In this document: positions 1-7,587 of the stretch, piece by piece | How the letters are laid out: every line of letters begins with the position of its first letter | How positions within the stretch are numbered: the first letter of the stretch is position 1 | DNA from: Verrucomicrobiota bacterium | GTDB lineage: Bacteria; Verrucomicrobiota; Verrucomicrobiia; Limisphaerales; UBA1100 | Reading direction: 5' to 3' | Assembly (NCBI GenBank): GCA_028872645.1 | Contig: JAPKDK010000003.1 | Location: forward strand, 1 to 37,209 | Length of the DNA: 37,209 nucleotides | Position numbers and translations under genes: made by a program | Notes under the pieces: model-generated | Database searches by the model: none | Seen by the model: only the letters and a program-made list of their open reading frames with translations | What the model was told of the DNA's origin: nothing

Positions 1-256
1 AAGGAGTACAAATAGGCTGGGAATAGCCATGGTCAAAGCGCATGCCGCCGGCTGCAAGTTTGTCGATATTGGGGGTAGAATAATGATCCATCTCGCCGGC
101 CTTGGCATTGGGATAATTGTATTTGGCAATCAGGTCGCGATAAGCACTCACGCACTCCCAACCCATATCATCAGCCATAATGACAATGACATTGGGTTTA
201 TCCGCGAAAAGCGGCAAAGCCATCAGGCCCGCAAGAAGAAATAGGATTCGTTTCAT
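1..256 (-). CDS. Sulfatase (formylglycine-dependent, Cys-type), N-terminal part; runs off the window edge
   Basis: Not in the ORF track; translated by hand from ATG at 256: [39 protein letters not shown]...[27 protein letters not shown]. Signal peptide, PNxxxIMADD motif, TPNID and the start of CxPxR. ATG overlaps the TAA of the upstream gene (TAATG). Confidence 0.9.
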   Translation of the reverse strand, partial: MKRILFLLAGLMALPLFADKPNVIVIMADDMGWECVSAYRDLIAKYNYPNAKAGEMDHYSTPNIDKLAAGGMRFDHGYSQPICTP

Positions 257-1563
257 TATTTGATATTAGGGTAATTGAGCTTGGTAAAAGTCGCTCGCAA
301 TGCTGCACGTTTCTCAGCGAGGGAGCCAGCCACATTCTTTAAGGGTTTCTTCTCCATGGCATCCTTTTGCACGTCATAAAGCTGACCATTATTGTAGAGC
401 TTATAACGTTGAGTGCGCACCCACGCCTTGCCGCCTTTGCTCTCGGAAAAGGCAAAGGACCTTGTTTTTCGGGTATTGCGAGGGAGCTGAAATAATCTGC
501 GTGCAAAACTAATCCCGTCGATCTTATGTCCGACTTTAGTTGCGCCAAGCTCTGCCAAGGTCGGTAGCCAGTCACTAAAATCTACGAGTCCACCATCATA
601 ACTGCCGGCCTTGATATAACCGGGCCAGTTGGCAATGAGTGGCACATTGGTGCCGATATTGAGCAGTGTCCCCTTGCCTCCGGGCACGCGCTGGCCATTG
701 CGAATGGAGTGAACGTTTTCATACTCGTACTTGCGCCCCTGAATATGACGCAGCTTGGAACGTTTGGCTGTCCCATTGTCGCCAGTGAACAGGATGATCG
801 TATTTTTGCGTAGGCCAAGTTGATCGATCCGGCTCACGAGTTTGCCCACCATCTCATCCATGCTCTCAACCATCTCGCCATAATTCATCCAGCGATCCTT
901 ACCCGGCATGTAAGGGACCTGTTTCGGGATGTCATCAGTCACATCATGGGCCAAGGCCATAGAGTAATAGGCAAAGAAGGGTTTCTTGGCCTCGGCGCTT
1001 TTCTCCATGAATTCACCTAGGAAATCCACATACAGTTCCGGCCCGTACTTGCCCTTGGTGTCCGTACGCAAACGGCCGTCTTGGTAGATCATCGGCTCAT
1101 GGAAGCGCGCGCCCTCGTGCCAGCCGAATACACTCCATTCATCAAAACCCATCCGGGCCGGCTGCTCAGTATCCTTTTTCATCAAACACAACTGCCACTT
1201 GCCGGCAATGGCTGTAGTATAACCTGCTCGTTTGAGCACCTGTGCCACAGTATTTCTTTCCTCCAACTTGGGGAACGAACCCCAGCCGGACTTCAACCGG
1301 AAAGGATACTTGCCGGTCATCAGGCAAACTCGTGTGGGATGACATACCGGCATGCTGAAGCAGTAGTCAAACCGCATGCCGCCCTTGGCCAGCGCATCGA
1401 TGTGCGGCGTCTTCCAACGCTCGCCACCATAAGCACCGATGGGTTCGCAGCCGACATCATCGGCCATGATCAATACAATATTTGGTTGCAATACAATCTC
1501 CGGCGGCACCTTAGCGGCGATCAACGACACGCTAGTAAGAATTAGAAACAGGAAGGTTTTCAC
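256..1563 (-). CDS. Sulfatase (arylsulfatase A-like), secreted
   Basis: [17 protein letters not shown] (CxPxR), AGKWQL, GDNG, GGKG motifs. Signal peptide. GTG start overlaps the upstream TGA. Confidence 0.93.
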   Translation of the reverse strand: MKTFLFLILTSVSLIAAKVPPEIVLQPNIVLIMADDVGCEPIGAYGGERWKTPHIDALAKGGMRFDYCFSMPVCHPTRVCLMTGKYPFRLKSGWGSFPKLEERNTVAQVLKRAGYTTAIAGKWQLCLMKKDTEQPARMGFDEWSVFGWHEGARFHEPMIYQDGRLRTDTKGKYGPELYVDFLGEFMEKSAEAKKPFFAYYSMALAHDVTDDIPKQVPYMPGKDRWMNYGEMVESMDEMVGKLVSRIDQLGLRKNTIILFTGDNGTAKRSKLRHIQGRKYEYENVHSIRNGQRVPGGKGTLLNIGTNVPLIANWPGYIKAGSYDGGLVDFSDWLPTLAELGATKVGHKIDGISFARRLFQLPRNTRKTRSFAFSESKGGKAWVRTQRYKLYNNGQLYDVQKDAMEKKPLKNVAGSLAEKRAALRATFTKLNYPNIK

Positions 1564-3392
1564 TGCAATTTCTCCGGGATGCCTTGGATGATTTTATCCT
1601 TGGGAAACATCATCTTCACTTCCGCCAAAACCGCTGCGCGGTCATCGGCCAACGACGTGTAGCTGACCGTCTCGCCATTGAGGTACAGCGCCCACTTGTT
1701 ACATATAAAACAAATCGCCACCTGCGCCTCATGGTCACCAAGATGGAAGCGCAACAATATGCCTGGGTCAAAGTGTGATTTTTCAGCATGTCGAGTGGTG
1801 GAATCCGCGTCGCTTATCAATAAGCTGCGCAAGCGGCCTGCGGGCTTGCCTCTGAGTGTGCGCCCATCCCGGCTGACGATGTAATAGAGGAAACGTTTAT
1901 CATTGGGCTCAGCATTGAGCCTGTGGGTGGTAATTTGCGGCGACTCAGAGAGCAGTTTGTTAAAAAGCTTCATGGGCGGACGTGTTCGGCCCGATGCTTT
2001 TTGCTTTGCGATTTGATTTTCAAAGGACTCAACCAATCCCGGTTCATCGAGCCATAGATTCTTTGCTTCGCCAATGTCCTCAGCCAGATTATAGAGCTGA
2101 CCACGCGGACCCTTCGGCACCGGCTGCACACGGCGCGGATTAGAAAAGCCACCGGATCCGAGCGAAGGGATGTATTTAAACTGACCCTGACGGACAGCCA
2201 TATGTGTTGGCTTAGTGCCGGTAATGAGCTGTTGCCGTGCGGTTTCCCGTTGACCCAACAGTACCGGCAGAAAATTCTCGCTATCCTCCCCCTCGTTATC
2301 GGCCAATCCGCGTCCGGTGAGCGCAGCAAAGGTCGCCATCAAATCCGTCTGGCAAATCAGTGCGTCACTTATCGTGTTGGCCTTCACCTTCCCTGGCCAG
2401 CGGACGATAAAGGGCATGCGATGGCCTGCCTCCCACGCGTCAGCTTTCATGCCACGTAAAGGCGTGGTGGCACTGTGGCCGAAGCGTTCGGTGTCGGTGT
2501 TGTACCAAACCGGCCCGTTGTCACTGGTGAAAATGACAAGGGTGTTTTTGGAGAGTTGGGTGCGATCAAGGGCGGACAGGATTTGACCCACAGTGTCGTC
2601 CACCATTGCCACAAAGTCACTGTACATGTTGTTCGTTTTGCCTCGGAATTTTTTAGTGGGCAACCACGGCGTATGTGGTGCGGGTAAAGCCACATACAGA
2701 AAGAACGGTTGCTCATTACCCTTTCGTTCCTCGATATATTTCACCGACTCCATCGTGAATCGCGGCAGCACCTCCTCATGTTTAAAGTTTGATGCAATCG
2801 GGCCGCCACGCCAAAACTCTCCTTGGATACGACTCCAACCCTCCGTATTGCGGGGACCAACTGTACCTGTGGGCGCAATCACCGCCTTACGGCCGCTGAT
2901 ATAATAGTACGGCACAATATCTAGCGAATGCGGCATGCCGAAGTAAAAATCAAACCCACGATCTATTGGGCCGCCATCCAGCTGCTTGGAGTAATCGTAA
3001 TTCGGACCGCCAGCAAACCCCAGGTGCCACTTACCCACCATTGCCGTAGCATACCCCTTCTCCCGTAATGCTGAGGGAATTGTTGTTCGCCCTTTCTCGA
3101 TCAACGCGCGGCTACGCCAATCCAGCTTTATCCGGTGTGGATAACGTCCTGTCAGCAGTCCGTACCGAGTAGGCACACAAAATGACGCCGGCGCATGAGC
3201 GTCAGTAAATTGCATTCCCTCACGTGCCAACCGGTCGATATTATGTGTGGGATTCTTGGACTTTGGATTATAGCAGCGCGCATCGCCATACCCCATGTCA
3301 TCAGCCAGAATAATCACAATATTCGCCGGGCTGTCCTTCGCAGAAGCCACGAAGGCAACGAACAAAAATCCAATGGCAAAAAAACGGTGCAT
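1560..3392 (-). CDS. Sulfatase (arylsulfatase A-like) with an extra ~137-aa C-terminal domain
   Basis: ANIVIILADDMGYGD, CVPTRYGLLTGRY, GKWHLG, SDNG, GMKADAWEAGHRMP. Start moved from 3446 to the ATG at 3392, which begins a signal peptide (MHRFFAIGFLFVAFVASA). Confidence 0.92.
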   Translation of the reverse strand: MHRFFAIGFLFVAFVASAKDSPANIVIILADDMGYGDARCYNPKSKNPTHNIDRLAREGMQFTDAHAPASFCVPTRYGLLTGRYPHRIKLDWRSRALIEKGRTTIPSALREKGYATAMVGKWHLGFAGGPNYDYSKQLDGGPIDRGFDFYFGMPHSLDIVPYYYISGRKAVIAPTGTVGPRNTEGWSRIQGEFWRGGPIASNFKHEEVLPRFTMESVKYIEERKGNEQPFFLYVALPAPHTPWLPTKKFRGKTNNMYSDFVAMVDDTVGQILSALDRTQLSKNTLVIFTSDNGPVWYNTDTERFGHSATTPLRGMKADAWEAGHRMPFIVRWPGKVKANTISDALICQTDLMATFAALTGRGLADNEGEDSENFLPVLLGQRETARQQLITGTKPTHMAVRQGQFKYIPSLGSGGFSNPRRVQPVPKGPRGQLYNLAEDIGEAKNLWLDEPGLVESFENQIAKQKASGRTRPPMKLFNKLLSESPQITTHRLNAEPNDKRFLYYIVSRDGRTLRGKPAGRLRSLLISDADSTTRHAEKSHFDPGILLRFHLGDHEAQVAICFICNKWALYLNGETVSYTSLADDRAAVLAEVKMMFPKDKIIQGIPEKLQ

Positions 3393-3446
3393 GCGCAATT
3401 GAACCATCACGACGCGGGAGGAGCAAGGGGGAACCCAACAGTCCAA

Positions 3447-4361
3447 TTAATTGTGCACCAACAATGTTTTTGCAGCATCGGCAATATTAGCACGTACATT
3501 TTTACTCACATCGTTCAGCAGCGGCAGGATCGGCCCCGTGTCGGCGATGCCGGCCTCGGCTACGGCAGTGTGAAGGACGCGGATGGGGTTGATGGCATTG
3601 CGGAGATTTTCGAGGGGCTCGAAGGTTTGGCGAATGGATTCGGCGGTTTCGTAATCTTCCGCCTTCAGTGCGGCCAGCATTTTCATAGAAAGACTCGGGG
3701 CGATGCACACGCAGCCGCTGGTGAACCCTTGCACGCCGAAATCGCGAAGGTGCACGATAGCCGGTTGCTCGCCAATGCCGCTGACGATGCGTTGCGGGTC
3801 AACGCAATCCACGAGTTGGCGGAGGTAATCATCCCGCGCGGGGTCGTCGCGGACGATGGCGTATTTAATCCAGTTCACCACGCCGTCGTCCATCAGCGCG
3901 CGCGCGTGTTCCGGCTCGAGGTAGCCTTCGAATTTGATGTAAAGCACGATGGGTTTCCCATAAGCCTCGGCGAATTTTCGGATGCCCGTGGCGACCCCTT
4001 CGGGCGTGGCAATGTCGCGCGCGGGCAACACCATCGCGGTTGGGAAATCAAAATCGCGCAGCACGGCCGCTTGGTCGAGCGCCGTGCCGTAGGCGGGGCC
4101 GACGGAGGGGATGATGGTCGTGTCCGCGCCGGCGTTATCCCGCAGCATCACCAGCGCGTCCGCGTACTCGGCGAGGGCGATGTGGTGAAAAACCGCGTTG
4201 CCGCCGTAGAGCAAAGTACGAATGCCACCGTCCTCAAGGTGGCGGATGATTTTCGCGTTGCCGTCGGCGCAAATGTTGAGGTCCGCATCGCGCGCCATCG
4301 GCGGCACGGCGATGACCGAGCTGGCCAGCATCCCGGGGGTGATGGCGTTTGTGTTCATCAA
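3447..4361 (-). CDS. Dihydrodipicolinate synthase (DHDPS/NAL) family lyase, probably acting on a 2-keto-3-deoxy sugar acid
   Basis: 304 aa. LLYGGNA, IVLYIK and WIKYA (Schiff-base Lys), GFTSG. Translationally coupled (ATGA) to the dehydratase. Confidence 0.82.
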   Translation of the reverse strand: MMNTNAITPGMLASSVIAVPPMARDADLNICADGNAKIIRHLEDGGIRTLLYGGNAVFHHIALAEYADALVMLRDNAGADTTIIPSVGPAYGTALDQAAVLRDFDFPTAMVLPARDIATPEGVATGIRKFAEAYGKPIVLYIKFEGYLEPEHARALMDDGVVNWIKYAIVRDDPARDDYLRQLVDCVDPQRIVSGIGEQPAIVHLRDFGVQGFTSGCVCIAPSLSMKMLAALKAEDYETAESIRQTFEPLENLRNAINPIRVLHTAVAEAGIADTGPILPLLNDVSKNVRANIADAAKTLLVHN

Positions 4362-6100
4362 AAAATCGGCGGCTCGGGTGTGGCCGGGCCATGTTGCAAA
4401 AAATCAAAATCACAGCCCTCGTGCGCTTGCGTGACATGGTTGATGTAAAGCTGGCCGTAGCCGCGGGCGTATTTGGGCTCGGGCTTTTTCCATGCGGCGC
4501 GGCGGGTTTCGAGTTCGGCGTCTTCCACGTGCAGATGAATTTTTCGGCTGGGCACGTCGAGTTCGATTTCGTCTCCGGTTTGCACGAACGCCAGCGGGCC
4601 GCCCACGTGGCTTTCTGGCGAGAGATGCAGCACGCACATTCCGTAACTCGTGCCGCTCATGCGAGCGTCGGAGAGGCGCACCATGTCGCGCACGCCTTCC
4701 TTCAGTAACTTATCGGGGATGGGCAGCATGCCCCATTCGGGAAAACCCGGCGCGCCTTCGGGACCGGCGCTGCGCAGCACGAGCACGGTGTCTTTTGTGA
4801 CGTCGAGGTCGGGGTCGTTGAGGCGCGCCTTGAGGTCGGGGTAATTATCAAACACCAGCGCGGGGCCGCGATGGGTGAGGAGCGCTTCAGCGGCGGCGGC
4901 GGGTTTCACCACGCATCCGTGCGGGGCGAGATTGCCGCGCAACACAAAGGTACTTCCCTCAGCGGCGACGGGATTGTCGGGCGTGCGAATGACATCGTCG
5001 TCAATCAACTCCGCGTCGGCGATGTTTTCGGCGATCGTGTGGCCGTTGACGGTTACGCAATCGCCGTGGAGTTGATCGCCGAGTTGCGCCATCAACGCGC
5101 GCAGTCCGCCGGCGTTATAAAAATCCTCCATTAAATACTGGTCGCCGTTGGGGCGGATGTTGGCGAGCACGGGCGTGGTGCGCGAGAGGCGGTCGAAATC
5201 CTCCAGCGAAATATCAATGCCCGCGCGGCCCGCCATCGCGATGATATGCACGATGGCGTTGGTGGAGCCGCCGATGGCCATGTCCACCGTGATGGCGTTC
5301 TCGAAGGACTCGCGCGTGAGCACGTCCGACGGTTTCAAATCTTCCCAAGCCATCTCCACCGCGCGCCGGCCGCAGGCGGTGGACATCCGGTGATGCTCGC
5401 TGACCACCGCGGGAATACTCGAGGCGCCCGGCAGCGTGAAGCCCAGCCCCTCGGCGATGGCGCCCATCGTCGACGCCGTGCCCATCGTCATGCAATGGCC
5501 CGGCGACCGGCCGATGGCGTTTTCGAATTTCACCCAGTCTTCATCAGAAAGATTGCCCGCGCATCGTTCGGCCCAAAAATCCCAAACCGAGCTGCCGCTG
5601 CCGAGCGTCTCCTTGCCCCAACGCGCCGTCAGCATCGGCCCCGCCGGCAGAAACAGCGTGGGGATATCCGCCGAGATGGCGCCCATCAGCAGCGCCGGCG
5701 TCGTCTTGTCGCAACCGCCCATCAGCACGGCGGCGTCGATGGGATGACACCGCAGCACCTCCTCCGCTTCCATCGAGAGCAGATTGCGGTAAAGCATCGT
5801 CGTTGGCTTCATCAACATTTCGCCCAGCGACATCACCGGCACTTCCACGGGAAATCCGCCCGCCTGCCACACGCCCTGCTTCACTTTCTCGGCGCGCTCG
5901 CGCAAATGCGAGTGGCACGTGTTGAGGTCGCTCCAAGTATTAAGAATGCCGATGACCGGCTTGCCGCGAAAATCGTTGTCCGCCCAGCCCATCGCCTTCA
6001 CCCGCGCCCGATGCCCATGTGCCCGCACATCATCTGGCGCAAACCACCGCGCACTGCGGAGGTCATCGGGAGTTTTAAGAGTAACAGATTTCTTTTGCAT
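4358..6100 (-). CDS. IlvD/Edd-family sugar-acid dehydratase (L-arabinonate dehydratase-like)
   Basis: LRSARWF, NTWSDLNTCH, GGCDKTTP, GHCMTMGTASTM, IGGSTNA, SDARMSGTSYG, EGCDFDFL. 580 aa. Confidence 0.92.
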   Translation of the reverse strand: MQKKSVTLKTPDDLRSARWFAPDDVRAHGHRARVKAMGWADNDFRGKPVIGILNTWSDLNTCHSHLRERAEKVKQGVWQAGGFPVEVPVMSLGEMLMKPTTMLYRNLLSMEAEEVLRCHPIDAAVLMGGCDKTTPALLMGAISADIPTLFLPAGPMLTARWGKETLGSGSSVWDFWAERCAGNLSDEDWVKFENAIGRSPGHCMTMGTASTMGAIAEGLGFTLPGASSIPAVVSEHHRMSTACGRRAVEMAWEDLKPSDVLTRESFENAITVDMAIGGSTNAIVHIIAMAGRAGIDISLEDFDRLSRTTPVLANIRPNGDQYLMEDFYNAGGLRALMAQLGDQLHGDCVTVNGHTIAENIADAELIDDDVIRTPDNPVAAEGSTFVLRGNLAPHGCVVKPAAAAEALLTHRGPALVFDNYPDLKARLNDPDLDVTKDTVLVLRSAGPEGAPGFPEWGMLPIPDKLLKEGVRDMVRLSDARMSGTSYGMCVLHLSPESHVGGPLAFVQTGDEIELDVPSRKIHLHVEDAELETRRAAWKKPEPKYARGYGQLYINHVTQAHEGCDFDFLQHGPATPEPPIF

Positions 6101-6149
6101 AAAAATAGATGCGGGTTTGTAGCGGAAATATAGGTGTGGGACGATTTAA

Positions 6150-6170
6150 TTCACCACAGAGGACACCGAG
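6150..6170 (+). repeat. Isolated left arm of the CACAGAG palindromic repeat family
   Basis: TTCACCACAGAGGACACCGAG closely resembles the left arm TTCACCACAGAGGCACAGAG at 10829. Confidence 0.6.
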
Positions 6171-6208
6171 ATGAAAAGGCAGGTGGGTAGAGGTTGAGGA
6201 AAAAAGCT

Positions 6209-6364
6209 TTAAGATTTCGTTTCCTCTACGAGTTCCATTACATTTTCAATATCCCAAAGATCAATGTCTGCCTTTTTAGCCCATTTGCGTGCTTACTTGG
6301 TGAATCCAGATTTACAAACAACCAATCCTATTCCTCCCTCAGTAGACACAACCCCAGCCAAGTC
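6209..6364 (-). pseudogene. C-terminal remnant of a Mrr-like (Mrr_cat) restriction endonuclease
   Basis: Reads DLAGVVSTEGGIGLVVCKSGFTK*ARKWAKKADIDLWDIENVMELVEETKS*. This fits the Mrr_cat C-terminal pattern (G-x-hydrophobic-SGFT-x-x-A...A....I.L.D). Internal TAA at 6293-6295, no 5' part, AT-rich. Confidence 0.7.
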
Positions 6365-6581
6365 ATCCGGCAATAGTTGTGCCGTTCTCGTCCGAAGCAG
6401 GGCATGGTTCCCGGAAAAGCAGGCCATCAATCGGCGTGAGTTCGCCTTATTTCCCCGTGAGCAGGCATAATTTTGCCCTTGGCGATGTTCGTAGGGTGAC
6501 TGATTTCTCTATGCCCCAGCGATATAAGAACGGTTTTTTTGTTCGCTAAAACCCATTATTTCCCAAAACGAACCGCGTTCA

Positions 6582-6624
6582 ATGGCGTTTATTCACGACG
6601 ATTTTCTTTTGAACAATGAGCCGG
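6582..6624 (+). pseudogene. uxaC: 5' remnant (14 codons) of a second uronate isomerase copy
   Basis: MAFIHDDFLLNNEP versus MAFIHDDFLLGNEP at 7588. The upstream DNA (AAACGAACCGCGTTC-ATG) is also shared with the intact copy. Confidence 0.85.
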
Positions 6625-6733
6625 TCCAGAAGTGCGTGCCCCCGTCCGTCTCCAAGCAGCCCTTCACCAGCAGCTCATTGCCGGTGTAAACCTCCAAGCC
6701 TCCTTCGCGACTGAATCGAGGGTCTGTCTTCAC
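6620..6733 (-). pseudogene. 5' remnant of an indolepyruvate:ferredoxin oxidoreductase (IOR)-type 2-oxoacid oxidoreductase
   Basis: From GTG at 6733: MKTDPRFSREGGLEVYTGNELLVKGCLETDGGTHFWTG. Matches the N-terminal TGNE..xxG.LE...TG(YPG) motif of IorA/POR alpha subunits and stops just before YPG. Confidence 0.7.
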
Positions 6734-6787
6734 TATGGAAATTCACTCGCCAGTTTCTGCCACATCCACTAACCCATCTGCACCTCC

Positions 6788-7111
6788 ATGAAAGCGAACC
6801 ACGAAAAACTTGAGCAACTCATCAGCGCAACGTTCGCCAGCGCGGGTTGCGCGGGGGCGGAGGCGGATTGCGTGGCGGATCATCTCGTGCAGTCGAACCT
6901 TGCCGAGCACGACTCGCATGGGGTCATCCGCACCAAGGCGTATGTCGAGTGGCTGCGCGAGGGCAAGATGCACGCGGGGCGAACGCTGGAGGTGGTGCGG
7001 GACAGTGGCGCGCTGGCGGTGGCCTAAACGACATGGGCGCAAATTTGCGCGACGGCCGAGTCATGCGGCGTGGAGCGAGAGTTGATTGAAACGGTGGAGG
7101 TGGCGGCATGA
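6788..7111 (+). pseudogene. Ldh_2-family (malate/L-lactate/ureidoglycolate/sulfolactate dehydrogenase-like) oxidoreductase, internally deleted
   Basis: N-terminal 79 aa with VADHLVQSNLAEHDSHGVIR, then TAA at 7025-7027, then in the same frame a family-like C-terminus TTWAQICATAESCGVERELIETVEVAA*. Only 108 codons in total. Confidence 0.8.
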
Positions 7112-7494
7112 CCACCGTGGGCACCGACGATTTAATCTTTGAGCCGGTACCGGACTGGGCGGCGGACGCGCCCATCACGGAGGCCGTCGGCGTGGCGGTG
7201 GATTCGCGGAACCGCGTTTACGTTTTCAATCGCGCCGACGATGTCGAGGCGCCACAGGTCATCGTGCTGGACACCGACGGCAATGTTTTAAACACCTGGG
7301 GCCAGGGCGTTGTCACACGGCCGCACGGAATTTGGATTGCCCCCGACGACACGCTTTACCTCACCGATGACATCGGCCACGCCGTGCGACAGTTCACCGC
7401 CGACGGCGAGCACATCCCCGACCGCCCCGGCCTCGGCGTCACGCTCAATGAGGATTTCATCAAGGAATATCTCGTGTCTGAATCCGGCGCATGA
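7108..7494 (+). pseudogene. Chimeric ORF: NHL-repeat (PAL-like) N-terminus fused to a mandelate racemase/muconate lactonizing enzyme C-terminus
   Basis: GVAVDSRNRVYVFNR, WGQG...RPHGIWIAPDDTLYLTD.GHAVRQFT are NHL blades. They are followed abruptly by HIPDRPGLGVTLNEDFIKEY, the enolase-superfamily C-terminal signature. Confidence 0.75.
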
Positions 7495-7587
7495 TTATTG
7501 AAAATCCAAAATTGTTGATGGACAAGTTCGGGCGCGTATATTTTTCCTCGCAAAAACCCTTCCTTTCCCCTAAACGAACCGCGTTCC

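Noticed and set aside
3195-4448. 417-aa plus-strand ORF
   Set aside because: Antisense shadow of the DHDPS-family gene in GC-rich DNA; no recognisable motifs.
5246-6133. 295-aa plus-strand ORF
   Set aside because: Antisense to the dehydratase; Arg/His-rich composition typical of shadow frames.
6365-6530. Possible further gene fragment between the Mrr remnant and the uxaC duplicate
   Set aside because: I read the minus-strand frames and the plus-strand ORFs and recognised no family motif.
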